DNA of 64,000 nt from an uncultured Chloroflexia bacterium (GTDB lineage Bacteria > Chloroflexota > Dehalococcoidia > DSTF01 > WHTK01), in assembly GCA_963731765.1 (NCBI GenBank), contig CAVSWS010000004.1, positions 26,670-90,669 on the forward strand, given 5' to 3'. Both the position numbers and the translations under genes were made by a program. The notes under the pieces are model-generated. The model saw nothing but the letters and a program-made list of their open reading frames with translations, was not told the origin of the DNA and searched no databases. Shown piece by piece: positions 9,330 to 18,613 of this stretch. How positions within the stretch are numbered: the stretch's first letter is position 1; every line of letters begins with the position of its first letter.

Positions 9330-9983
9330 ATGAGCGAAGAGGACATCCAGGAGACACCGGAACGCACGTCGATCATCATCGTCTCAGACTTCGTTTGACC
9401 GTGGTGCTACATCGGCCTAGTTGAGGTCGAACGACTACAGCAAGAGTACGACTTCGATGTACAGTTTGCGCCCTTCCTCTTGCGCCCGGAGACGCCGCGG
9501 GAAGGCATGCCCGCCCGTCGCATCGTGACGCCGGACGCGCCGCCGACGCCCCAGGAGCTGCGCGGTGAGCAGCTCGGTATCACCTTCTCCCGCGGCCGGG
9601 TGTGGTCTTCCTATTCACACCTGGCGCTGGAAGCCGCCGAGCACTCCCTGCGCACGACGGACTTCGATACGGCCTGGAATTTCCACAAGCGCATCTTCAA
9701 GAGCTACTTCACGGACCTGGAGAACATCGGCGACATCAGCGTGCTGGTGCGCCTGGCGGAGGAGATGGGCCTGGACGGCGCAGAGCTGCGGCGGGCGCTG
9801 GACGACCGGCGCTACGAGCAGGAAGTAGACGAGGGCATTAGCTGGTCCCGGGCCATCGGCGTGACGGCGATCCCGACCTTCGTGTTCAACGAGCGCATGG
9901 GGATGGTGGGTGCGCAGGAGCTACCGGCGTTTCGGGAGATGATGAGCCGGGTGGGGAATCCGCCTCGCTCGGCGAGCGAGTAG
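9330..9983 (+). CDS. DsbA/FrnE-family thiol-disulfide oxidoreductase, selenoprotein (Sec at TGA 9396-9398)
   Basis: ATG 9330 reads ...IIIVSDFV-TGA-PWCYIG and the same frame stays open to 9983 (GVTAIPTFVFN cis-Pro loop); UxxC occupies the CxxC position; SECIS-like hairpin follows. Confidence 0.85.
9412..9430 (+). promoter_or_regulatory. Bacterial SECIS-like hairpin
   Basis: TCGGCCT-AGTTG-AGGTCGA (7 bp including one G-U); loop starts 21 nt after the UGA start+2 and has G as its second base. Confidence 0.65.
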
Positions 9984-10046
9984 CCGTCAGCGATCAGCAT
10001 CAGCGCTGAGATTCGGTACCACGGCTTATCGGCGGCGTACCGCTGC

Positions 10047-10154
10047 GTCATTGCGAGAAGGCGAAAGCCGCCGTGGCAATCTCACATGTGCATGGGAGTG
10101 CCGAAAGCATTTCGTGGGATTGCCACGGCCCATTGGCAAGGGCCTCGCAATGAC
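10047..10154. repeat. GTCATTGCGAG-family palindromic repeat, copy 1
   Basis: Terminal IR GTCATTGCGAG/CTCGCAATGAC with inner GCAATC/GATTGC. Confidence 0.85.
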
Positions 10155-10227
10155 CACTCGTCCGGGCGGCATTTTCCCTGTACTGCAGAGGGCTCGTCCG
10201 CCCAGCCAGGGTGCTACTGCCAGGGTG

Positions 10228-10605
10228 CTACTGATTGATCAGGAACGTCGCGGCCTGCTCGAAGTAGTCGCGCATGTGGGTGCGGGCGGGCTCCGCAATG
10301 CCGGTTTCGTCAACGGCGGCGAGCATGTGCTTGACCCAGGCGTCGCGCTCCTTGCGGTCGATGACGAAGGGGAGGTGGCGGGCGCGCAGGCGAGGATGGC
10401 CGCGCTGCATGGAGTAATCCTGTGGGCCGCCGAAGAACTGCGACAGGAAGAGCGCCAGGTGCTTGCGTGATTCGTCCAGCGACTCGGGGTACAGGGGACG
10501 GAGCACGGGGTCCTGCTCTACGGCGTCGTAGAAGTGGTCGACCAGCTTTTCGAAGGTGGGGTAGCCGCCGACGATGTCGTGGATGTTGAGTTCGTTCTCT
10601 GCCAT
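10228..10605 (-). CDS. glbO: Group II truncated hemoglobin (trHbO)
   Basis: VGG..TFEKLVDHFY, FLSQFFGGPQDY, RGHPRLRARHLPF, RDAWVKHM. Confidence 0.93.
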   Translation of the reverse strand: MAENELNIHDIVGGYPTFEKLVDHFYDAVEQDPVLRPLYPESLDESRKHLALFLSQFFGGPQDYSMQRGHPRLRARHLPFVIDRKERDAWVKHMLAAVDETGIAEPARTHMRDYFEQAATFLINQ

Positions 10606-10767
10606 GTCTGTCCCAATAGTAGTACGCGGGGTCTCGCTGACTCGATAGCCTCATCGGGCAATCGGGCACCCCTCGACCACGGCCGGTGGGTCGGAACGCT
10701 CGGAACCGCTCGGATGCGTGACTTGGTGTGATAATGACGCCAGCTTTCGACTGAAGGGACGGGCGCC

Positions 10768-12069
10768 ATGCTGAGCAAAGAAGACAACGAGATCCTGACG
10801 CGCACGAACGCCGGGACACCGATGGGTGAGTTGTTCCGCCGCTTCTGGCTACCGGCGATGCTGCCATCGGAGCTGCCGGAGGTGGACTGCGCGCCGGTGC
10901 GTCTGCGTTTGCTCGGCGAGGACCTGGTGGCGTTCCGGGACAGCAACGGGTCGGTCGGCTTCTTCACGCAGGCGTGCCCGCATCGTGGCGCTTCCATGTT
11001 CTTCGGGCGCAACGAGGAGGAGGGGCTGCGCTGCGTCTACCACGGCTGGAAGTTCGATATCACCGGCGCGTGTGTCGACATGCCTTCGGAGCCGGCCGAG
11101 AGCAATTTCAAGAACAAGGTGCGCATCAAGGCCTACCCTTCGGCCGAGTTCGGCGGGCTGGTGTGGATCTACATGGGTCCGCCGGAGAAGGAGCCGGCCC
11201 TGCCGCACTACCAGTGGACGCTGCAGCCGAACGCGGAGGCGAGCCGCGTGACGAAGCACATGCAGGACTCCAACTACACGCAGGGCCTCGAAGGCAACAT
11301 CGACTCCGCCCACGTGACGTTTCTGCATCGGGTGTTCGGGGCGGAGACGTTCCTGCGCGGCATCCCGTACGCGGCGCCCGAGATCACGGAGTCGCGCGAG
11401 ACGGAGTTCGGTTTCGTGTACGGTGCTCGGCGGCAGACGCCGGCGCCTGATGAGTACTACTGGCGCGTGACGTCTTATGTGTTCCCGACGTTCACGTCGA
11501 TCGCGGGCACGTCGAAGGCGGGCGGGGGCATCTTCGTGCTGCCGATGGACGACGAGCACAGCTGGTGGTTCATGGTGCAGCCGCCATCGCCGGAGCCGGA
11601 GCGGACGCAGGCAGCGGTGCGGTCGCAGTCCGGGCCGTTCGCGTACGTCTCTCAGTTCGACCAGTCGACGCTGGGCCTGATCCCCGGGACGTTCCGCTAC
11701 TTCCGCAACAAGGACAATGACTACCTGATCGACCGCGAGAAGCAGAAGACGCTGAACTACACGGGGCTGCCGGGGAACCGTACCCAGGACGCAGCAGTGA
11801 CGGAATCGATGGGGGCGATCTACGACCGCTCGCAGGAGCACCTGGGGACGACGGACGTCGCGGTGATCCACATGCGCCGGGTGCTTATCGAAATGGCGCG
11901 CGACCTGCAGAACGGCATCGAGCCGTCGATTCTCAAGGCGCCGCAGAGCTTCCGGGCGATCCCGCAGGACGTCGTAACGGAGAAGCAGCATCTCGCGGAG
12001 GTGTGGGACCCGTACTGGGCCGAGTTCAAGGCCGAGGCGGGGATCGAGGCGCCGGCGATTACGGGCTAG
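10768..12069 (+). CDS. Rieske non-heme iron oxygenase alpha subunit, paralog 2
   Basis: CPHRG...CVYHGW; EGNIDSAHVTFLH; QDAAVTESMG; N-terminal third highly similar to 6971-8350. Confidence 0.93.
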   Translation: MLSKEDNEILTRTNAGTPMGELFRRFWLPAMLPSELPEVDCAPVRLRLLGEDLVAFRDSNGSVGFFTQACPHRGASMFFGRNEEEGLRCVYHGWKFDITGACVDMPSEPAESNFKNKVRIKAYPSAEFGGLVWIYMGPPEKEPALPHYQWTLQPNAEASRVTKHMQDSNYTQGLEGNIDSAHVTFLHRVFGAETFLRGIPYAAPEITESRETEFGFVYGARRQTPAPDEYYWRVTSYVFPTFTSIAGTSKAGGGIFVLPMDDEHSWWFMVQPPSPEPERTQAAVRSQSGPFAYVSQFDQSTLGLIPGTFRYFRNKDNDYLIDREKQKTLNYTGLPGNRTQDAAVTESMGAIYDRSQEHLGTTDVAVIHMRRVLIEMARDLQNGIEPSILKAPQSFRAIPQDVVTEKQHLAEVWDPYWAEFKAEAGIEAPAITG

Positions 12070-12098
12070 CTCGTAGCGGCTAAATCAGTTCGTTAAGG

Positions 12099-12191
12099 CA
12101 TCCTGAGCTTGTCGAAGGATGTCGGCGTCGCGGCGAATAACTGACTCCTTGCGCTAATGCAGCCCTGACGTGCTTCGGCAAGCTCAGCATG
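12099..12191. repeat. CTGAG..TCGAAG-family palindromic repeat doublet
   Basis: CTGAGCTTGTCGAAG (12103-12117) and inverted CTTCGGCAAGCTCAG (12173-12187). Confidence 0.8.
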
Positions 12192-12234
12192 CCGTGGTCG
12201 GCATACCGTCGACCACTTCGCAGCGCTGCTGCCC

Positions 12235-12266
12235 CTCACCCGACCCTCTCCCCAGCGGGCCGAGGG
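12235..12266. repeat. CCCTCACCC/CCCTCTCC-type repeat
   Basis: CTCACCCGACCCTCTCCCCAGCGGGCCGAGGG resembles the reverse complement of 6768-6800. Confidence 0.65.
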
Positions 12267-12324
12267 GGAATGATCTGTGCTGCTGGGGATATTCTGCAGC
12301 GCTTGGCCGCAAGACCTTGCATTC

Positions 12325-13470
12325 TTAGCCCCACACCTTCCTTGCCACTTCGCTGACGAGGCGGAGCTTGGCGAGCTGCTGCTCCTCCGTGAGCGGGTTG
12401 CCGCCCTCGGCGGAGGCGAAGCCGCACTGGGGGCTGAGGGCCAGCCGCTCCAGCGGGATGATCTCGGCGGCGGCGTGGATGCCGGCTTCGACCTCGGCGG
12501 CGGATTCGAGGGTGCCTTCCTTGGTCGTGAGCAGGCCGAGGACGACCGTGGTATCCGGCAGGATGTGGCGCAGGGGGGCGAAGTCGCCGGCGCGGGGCGT
12601 GTCGTACTCCAGTAGCAGGGTGTCGATGTTGGGGATGTGCTGGAACAGGGGCGCCAGGGGCTCGTAGCCGCCGTTGGCGCTCCAGTAGCCGCCGGGCGAG
12701 TTGCCGCGACAGACGTGCATGGCGCAGGTGACGTTGTCCAGTCCCTCGAAGAGGTAGTTGTCGACCTCGGCGTCCTCAATGAGGTTCGCGGCCATGTCCT
12801 GGGCGTCCTCGGTCTCGTAGGCGGCGCGCACCTTTGGGTCGACGTAGAACTGGCCGTAGTTCGGGGCGTCGAGCTGGATGTAGTCGCAGCCCATCTCGAG
12901 CAGGGGCTTCACGACGTACTCGCGCAGCTTGTCGGCGATGTCGTAGAGGAAGTCGCGCGAGGTGGGGTAGGCGCCCGTGGAGTAGTTGCGGTCCCAGTAG
13001 ATGCGGTGGTAGCTGGGCGACGGGAAGCAGAACTTGGTGCGGACGGACGCGTGCTGCCTGAGGAAGTCGTAGTCCGAGGTGATCTCGTTGGAGAAGGCGA
13101 TCTTGTCGACGACGACGCCGCGGGGACGGGCACCGCGTTCGATAAAGTTGCCCTGGTTGTCCCACCAGAACCGGATCCAGCCCGGCCCTGCGTCCGTGAG
13201 GATCTTGAAGCCGCTGAACGCCGAGCGATGCAGGCCTTCCACGGTCGTAGGCGCGGTGGCGATCCAGGAGACGCGTCGTAGCTCGCCGTCCGTGATCACG
13301 TCGAGGCCTGCCGCCTCCTGCAGGGTGATGGCCTCCATGACGGCGCGGTTCTCCACCTCGCGGCGCTGGGTCTGGCTGACGAAGCCGGAGCGCACACCGG
13401 CGCGCATGTCCTTCACGTAGCCGGGACGCAGCAGGCTGCCGACAACTTCAGCGCGCGGTATCGATGCCAT
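12325..13470 (-). CDS. Cobalamin-independent methionine synthase II family protein (single-barrel MetE-like)
   Basis: RAEVVGSLLRP, ITDGELRR, YIQLDAP, MHVCRGN, LLEYD, LALSPQCGFAS (Zn ligands H, C, E, C). Confidence 0.92.
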   Translation of the reverse strand: MASIPRAEVVGSLLRPGYVKDMRAGVRSGFVSQTQRREVENRAVMEAITLQEAAGLDVITDGELRRVSWIATAPTTVEGLHRSAFSGFKILTDAGPGWIRFWWDNQGNFIERGARPRGVVVDKIAFSNEITSDYDFLRQHASVRTKFCFPSPSYHRIYWDRNYSTGAYPTSRDFLYDIADKLREYVVKPLLEMGCDYIQLDAPNYGQFYVDPKVRAAYETEDAQDMAANLIEDAEVDNYLFEGLDNVTCAMHVCRGNSPGGYWSANGGYEPLAPLFQHIPNIDTLLLEYDTPRAGDFAPLRHILPDTTVVLGLLTTKEGTLESAAEVEAGIHAAAEIIPLERLALSPQCGFASAEGGNPLTEEQQLAKLRLVSEVARKVWG

Positions 13471-13566
13471 GGCGGTGCTCCTTTTGAGGTTGGGTCGTGG
13501 TATCTGCGCATGCTACAGGAAGCGTCGCATGCGCGTCCGTCCGGGAACCTCCGATATGCTGCGGCT

Positions 13567-14091
13567 ATGAGTGACCAGAACGGCGCCGTGCTGATCGTCA
13601 TGGGCGGGCTGCCCGGCACCGGCAAGACGACGATCGCGCGAGCCCTGGCACGGCGCATCGGGGCCATGCACGTGCGCATCGATAGCATCGAGCAGGCGCT
13701 GCGAGACGCGGGTGGGACGTTGGCGGTGGGCGACGAGGGCTATCGGGTGGCGTATGCGGTGGCGGAGGACAACCTGCGCCTGGGGCATACCGTGGTCGCC
13801 GATTCCGTGAACCCGCTGGTGATTACGCGCGAGGCATGGCGATCGGTGGCGTTACGAAGCGAGGCGCGGTGTATCGAGGTGGAGGTCGTGTGCTCGGATG
13901 CGGCGGAGCACCGCCGGCGTGTCGAGTCGCGTCAGGGCGATATCGAGGGCTTGAAGCTGCCGTCCTGGCAGGACGTGATCGAGCGGGAGTACGAGGTGTG
14001 GGAGCAGCCGCATCTCGTGATTGATACGGCGGTGATGGGCGTGGAGGAGGCTGCCGGCGTTATCGAGGCGGCGCTGGAGGGCGGGGCGTAG
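13567..14091 (+). CDS. AAA_33-type P-loop kinase-like protein
   Basis: Walker A GLPGTGKTT; VVADSVNP; start 6 nt after TATGCT. Confidence 0.85.
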   Translation: MSDQNGAVLIVMGGLPGTGKTTIARALARRIGAMHVRIDSIEQALRDAGGTLAVGDEGYRVAYAVAEDNLRLGHTVVADSVNPLVITREAWRSVALRSEARCIEVEVVCSDAAEHRRRVESRQGDIEGLKLPSWQDVIEREYEVWEQPHLVIDTAVMGVEEAAGVIEAALEGGA

Positions 14092-14129
14092 GCGTCGGTG
14101 CGCTTCGAGGTGTGGTGAGGCGCCGGCCT

Positions 14130-14948
14130 CTACGGTGTGGTCTTGGCGGCAGAAGCGGGTCCCCGGCTGGCGACCAGGTAGATCGCGGAGTCGGTGCCGA
14201 CCTTGCTGCCGGCGGGCGGCGTCTGCTCCATGATGATGCCCTTCGCCACCGTGTCGCTGTAGACCTGGATGATGAAGTAGTTGACGTCGTTGTCATTGAG
14301 GAACGTCATGGCGCTCGCGAGGTCAGCGCCCACGAAGTCGGAGTACTGGCCCGGACGCGCCGGTGTGATGCTCTTGCCCTGAACCGGGCTATCGCCTCCG
14401 CTGGTGGGCGGCGCCTGCACCTGGCCGCCGGCCGTGGTCGAGACGCTCTGCGAGAGGGCGGCTTGCTGGGCGGTGAGGTCCTCTGGGCTGACAGCGGGAT
14501 TGCCGCTGCCGGTGCGCATGAGGAGGACGCCCGCTCCCAGGAGGAAGATGGCGACGAGGCCCGCGACGAGCCAGTTGACGTTGATCAGTTGCTCGGGCGG
14601 CCGGGATACCGTGGGCAGAGGTGTGATATCGACTGTGAGGTCGGCGCTCGGGAAGACGCGCAGGAGCTCGTCCGGGTTGAGGCCGAGGTAGCGTGCGTAG
14701 GTACGGAGGAAGCCTCGGGCGTACACAGGCGCCGGGAAGATCGAGAAGTCTTCGTTCTCGAGCGCCTGGAGGTAACGGCGAGAGACGTGCGTATCGCGCT
14801 CAACGTCTTCGAGCGTGATCGCCCGAGCGCGTCGTGCACGTGAAAGCGTATTGCCGAGCTCGCCCATCCGTGGAGTGGGGGCGGAAGCCGGGTACGGCCG
14901 CTCGACAGCAAGCTGCAACGTAGAGTTGTCTTCTGCGGTGGTCATCAA
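14130..14948 (-). CDS. RodZ-like HTH + TM + C-terminal PASTA-like domain protein
   Basis: LGNTLSRARRARAITLEDVERDTHVSRRYLQALENEDF...YARGFLRTYARYLGL; one TM; FVGADL...YSDTVAKGIIMEQTPPAGSKV...IYLVASRGP. Confidence 0.8.
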   Translation of the reverse strand: MMTTAEDNSTLQLAVERPYPASAPTPRMGELGNTLSRARRARAITLEDVERDTHVSRRYLQALENEDFSIFPAPVYARGFLRTYARYLGLNPDELLRVFPSADLTVDITPLPTVSRPPEQLINVNWLVAGLVAIFLLGAGVLLMRTGSGNPAVSPEDLTAQQAALSQSVSTTAGGQVQAPPTSGGDSPVQGKSITPARPGQYSDFVGADLASAMTFLNDNDVNYFIIQVYSDTVAKGIIMEQTPPAGSKVGTDSAIYLVASRGPASAAKTTP

Positions 14949-15142
14949 TATTTAATTACAGGGGATCGAAAGAAGAACCCCCGCCTAGCCGGAACCAGCC
15001 TACCACATGTCTATGCAAATCTCGGAATTCTTATGTCTTTTCGGGAGGGAGGCCAGACGTGACCCCATGCTAGAATGGCGCCGCTCTGCCTAATTTTCGT
15101 TATCAAATGGCCGCGGAGAGCGGCTGGATTCGGGGCGTCTGC

Positions 15143-15901
15143 ATGGATCTGGGACTCAAGGGCAAGGTCGCTATCGTCACCGGCGGCAGTCGCGGCATCG
15201 GCCGGTCGATTGCGCTGGGGTTGGCGGCAGAGGGCGCCAACGTGGCGATCTGCGCTCGTGGCGAGGAGAAGCTGCGCGAGACGGAGGCCGAGATCAAGGC
15301 GGCAGGCGTGAAGACGTTCGCGATGCCGCTGGACGTCACGGACGGCGCCGCCATCGACGACTTCGTGGCGAAGACGGCCGCGGAGCTGGGCGGCATCGAT
15401 ATCCTCGTGAACAACGCTGGGGGCTCACGCCCGGGCGATGAGGACGAGGTCTGGCAGGGCGTGTTGGACGTCAACCTGATGGCGGCGGTGCGAGCGAGCC
15501 GGGCCGTGATACCCCACCTTCGAGAGCGTGGCGGCGGTTCCATCGTGCACATCACCTCGATCTACGGCCGGGAGAGCGGCGGCGCGGCGACCTACAACGC
15601 CGCGAAATCGGCCATGACAGCGCACGCCAAGAGCCTGGGGCTGCAGCTGGCGCGCGAAGGCATCCGGGTCAACTCGATTGCGCCGGGCTCGATCCGGTTC
15701 CCCGGTGGCGGCTGGGACCGACGCGTGCAGGCCGACCCGGCAGCGATGGAGCGGTTTGTGAACGACAACATCGCGGCGGGGCGGTTCGGCACGCCGGAGG
15801 AGGTCGCGAACGCCGTCGTCTTCCTGTGCTCCCCGGCCGCGAGCTGGGTGGTGGCCGCGTCCCTGAACGTCGACGGCGGCCAGAGCCGGTCGAACATCTA
15901 A
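15143..15901 (+). CDS. Classical SDR oxidoreductase
   Basis: TGGSRGIG, ILVNNAG, YNAAK, GIRVNSIAPG. Confidence 0.95.
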   Translation: MDLGLKGKVAIVTGGSRGIGRSIALGLAAEGANVAICARGEEKLRETEAEIKAAGVKTFAMPLDVTDGAAIDDFVAKTAAELGGIDILVNNAGGSRPGDEDEVWQGVLDVNLMAAVRASRAVIPHLRERGGGSIVHITSIYGRESGGAATYNAAKSAMTAHAKSLGLQLAREGIRVNSIAPGSIRFPGGGWDRRVQADPAAMERFVNDNIAAGRFGTPEEVANAVVFLCSPAASWVVAASLNVDGGQSRSNI

Positions 15902-15938
15902 TGCAGCTACTTTCTCGAACCTCCTACGTACAGAAATT

Positions 15939-16081
15939 GTCATTGCGAGCCAGCGCGGCAGCGAGGCGCGGCAACCTGGGGAGCACTGCATCGACTGGGC
16001 AGCTGGCCTCCGTGAGAGCCCCATCCGTACAAGAATGGCTGAACGACTGCCACGGCCCGCTAACGCGTGCCTCGCAACGAC
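15939..16081. repeat. GTCATTGCGAG-family repeat, copy 2
   Basis: GTCATTGCGAG ... CTCGCAACGAC. Confidence 0.85.
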
Positions 16082-16114
16082 AGCAGGAGGGAGCGTCCCG
16101 CCGGGGATGAAGCT

Positions 16115-17065
16115 ATGAGTAAGGTTCCCGAATACGCCGTCCGTCTTTTCCTGCACTGGCTCAACGAGCGCTACGCTCGCGGCTTCGTGCCGTCGGCGGG
16201 CGACGACGAGCTGTGGCAGGCCAGCGACCCGGAAGCCGGCAGCATCACGATGGCGACGGCGTACCTTTACGAGGGCGATGAGGCCTGGCGCGAACGCTGC
16301 GCCGACCTGGAAGAGCGCCTGAACGGCTCTCGGCCGGGCTCTTACGTGCTGTGGCAGCCCAAGGGCGGCAACTTGCCCGACGAGGAGCCGGACGAATCGG
16401 AGTGGGTGCGTCGCGTGGTGCTGACGGCTTCGAAGCTGGCGTCGGGACGCAGCGGCGAGGCGCGGTTACCCGTGAAGCTCGGCATCGGCAAGGTGCGCGA
16501 CGAGGGCGGCTATGCCAGCGTAACGGGCGGCCTCGGCCGGCACTGGCCCGACATCTCGCAGCGCCTGGAAGGCAGCTACTACCTCGATAGCCGGGGGCTG
16601 AACCGCCTGACGACGAACGAAGAAGAACGCGTCGAGCTGTTCGACCACATCGGCATGCTGAGCCAGGCCATGACGACGGGCGATTTCGTGGAGTTCGAGC
16701 ACGAGGACGCGTGGTCCTTGCAGCGGCTGGCGCGCGGCCCCGCCAGCGAAGGCATGACGGACGGCTGGGCGATCGCGGGCTGCCCGCCCGGGTTCGACCC
16801 CAGCGATGGCGGCGCGATGCGGCGGCTGCTGCGCCGGAGCCTGACGACGGCGTCCGAGAAGCTGAGCGGCGTTTCGGGCAGTACGCGGGCGCTGGTGCTC
16901 GTGGGCGCCTACGACTACATGGAGAACGAGAACGCCGGTCCCGCCCTCCGGGGCTTCGACCCCATGCTGGCGGCGAGCTTCGACGTGATCGCGCTGGTGT
17001 CGGACGCGGAGGTGAAGTCGCTGCGGCTGGCGCGCGGGCTGCCGTTCGCGCGGGAGACCGCGTAG
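16115..17065 (+). CDS. Hypothetical protein (316 aa)
   Basis: Long ORF with typical GC3-rich codon use; no family recognised. Confidence 0.75.
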   Translation: MSKVPEYAVRLFLHWLNERYARGFVPSAGDDELWQASDPEAGSITMATAYLYEGDEAWRERCADLEERLNGSRPGSYVLWQPKGGNLPDEEPDESEWVRRVVLTASKLASGRSGEARLPVKLGIGKVRDEGGYASVTGGLGRHWPDISQRLEGSYYLDSRGLNRLTTNEEERVELFDHIGMLSQAMTTGDFVEFEHEDAWSLQRLARGPASEGMTDGWAIAGCPPGFDPSDGGAMRRLLRRSLTTASEKLSGVSGSTRALVLVGAYDYMENENAGPALRGFDPMLAASFDVIALVSDAEVKSLRLARGLPFARETA

Positions 17066-17114
17066 GACGCAGCTTTTCTGACTCCGTCCATCTGTGCCCG
17101 TTGACTCGCGTTCG

Positions 17115-17133
17115 CCCTGAGCCTGTCGAAGGG
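17115..17133. repeat. CTGAG..TCGAAG-family repeat (solo)
   Basis: CCCTGAGCCTGTCGAAGGG. Confidence 0.7.
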
Positions 17134-17286
17134 TGAGGGGCGATGAGGTTTCATGCGCCAGTCGATCACCTGAGACCAGCGCTCCCTCGCTCGCGCAGGA
17201 TGCCGCCACGGGCTGGTCGGTAGCCATCGCCAGGTTTGAGGCGCAGAATGGGCGGACAGCAGGGTGCGGCTCGGGCGAAAGGGGCG

Positions 17287-17736
17287 ATGATGGCGACAGT
17301 ACAGGTGATTCTCAACGGTATGCCCGGCGGCACGGTGCACGACACGGAGCAGTATCCGGTGGTGCTGCGGTTCGAAGACGATAAGAGCGTCGAGAACGCC
17401 GTCTGGGTGATCCCGAGCTTTCCCGGCGAGATCCCGGCCGCCATGCTGTCCGAGATCCGGGTGCAGGTGGGGCCGCTGCAGGCGATGGTTGATGGGCCGG
17501 AGGGCTTTCAGTCCGGGCCGCACGACACGACGTGGATCCGCTGCGATTACCCGCGCGGCAAGCTCGTCTCGTTTCTCCAGACCGGCGGCGACACGCACAA
17601 GATGACCGGCGTCAGCGTCTCGATTGTCGAGGACTCCCTGGTGGTCGACGAAGTCACCATCGGCGGCGGCTCGAGCTCGTCGTCGGGCGGTTCCGGGTCA
17701 TCAGGCGCCGCCGGAGGCCAGAACCCCGCTTCATAG
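17287..17736 (+). CDS. Hypothetical protein with Gly/Ser-rich tail
   Basis: Purine-rich SD-like AAGGGG; coding-like codon bias; no family recognised. Confidence 0.7.
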   Translation: MMATVQVILNGMPGGTVHDTEQYPVVLRFEDDKSVENAVWVIPSFPGEIPAAMLSEIRVQVGPLQAMVDGPEGFQSGPHDTTWIRCDYPRGKLVSFLQTGGDTHKMTGVSVSIVEDSLVVDEVTIGGGSSSSSGGSGSSGAAGGQNPAS

Positions 17737-17785
17737 TCCGTCGTCCTTCCCCTAAAGGGCAGGACGGTCCAGGGCGTCCGTTGCT

Positions 17786-17907
17786 GTCGTTGCGAGAAGG
17801 CGATAGCCGACGAAGCAATCTTTCCGGGTTCTTAATACTCAAACGTCTGAGCCGATACCGAGGGCTGAAAGATTGCCGCGGCCCGCTGTCGCGTGCCTCG
17901 CAACGAC
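17786..17907. repeat. GTCATTGCGAG-family repeat, copy 3
   Basis: GTCGTTGCGAG ... CTCGCAACGAC (compensatory G-C pair). Confidence 0.85.
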
Positions 17908-18023
17908 AGTGCCGGTGCTCCCCGTCGAGATTCGTCATGAGCACGCCCCGGCATGCGGGGCACCACGGCTTCGGCCTGTCCGGGAGAGATGGGCGACGAG
18001 GCTGCGGATACGTCCTGGTGTGG

Positions 18024-18332
18024 TCAGGCGTTGGCGATGACGTCGGCGCGCACGACGAGGTCAGCACGGCCCAGCTCTCGCGTGGCGCCCGAGACGGCTT
18101 CGGCGAATGAGGGCGCATCGTCGGCGGGCATGGTGACGACGGTAGAGCGGCGGTTGAGGGCCCAGATCTCGTTCGAGATCGAGTGCAGGGCCGCTTCGGC
18201 GCTGAGGTCTTTCGCGACGCCGCTGATGGCGATGTCGGCGCCGGCCTGGGCAAGGGCGACCGCGACGCCGCGGTGGGCATCGTTGCCGCCGCCGATAACG
18301 ACCGCGACCTTGCCTTCGAGATAGCCTGCCAT
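18024..18332 (-). CDS. Half-length atypical SDR-like Rossmann protein (102 aa)
   Basis: SD AAGGAG; LEGKVAVVIGGGNDAHRGVAVALAQAGADIAI...ELGRADLVV; ends before the catalytic region. Confidence 0.7.
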   Translation of the reverse strand: MAGYLEGKVAVVIGGGNDAHRGVAVALAQAGADIAISGVAKDLSAEAALHSISNEIWALNRRSTVVTMPADDAPSFAEAVSGATRELGRADLVVRADVIANA

Positions 18333-18376
18333 GTTTGCTCCTTTAGTCTGACTGCGCCTGCCGGTAGGATGACAGG

Positions 18377-18544
18377 GTGATTATCGCTGGCTGGGCAATG
18401 ATGGCCATTGGGCTGATCTGCTATCTGTGGGCTTTCGCGCTGGGGTCGGGTCCGACGATGGGCGATTCGACGTTCCAGGCGTCGCTGTTCTCGGGCGCCA
18501 CGCTGCTGATGATTCTGGGGTTTGTCTTCGTGGTGGTCATCTAG
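18377..18544 (+). CDS. Small two-TM membrane protein (55 aa)
   Basis: GTG 6 nt after TAGGAT; VIIAGWAMMAIGLICYLWAFALG...LFSGATLLMILGFVFVVVI*. Confidence 0.6.
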   Translation: MIIAGWAMMAIGLICYLWAFALGSGPTMGDSTFQASLFSGATLLMILGFVFVVVI

Positions 18545-18613
18545 CGGGCAGTTCCCGGCCTCTTTGCACTTCGCAGGGAGTTGTTCTCAGATGGCCTGAC
18601 TTGCACCTCATCG

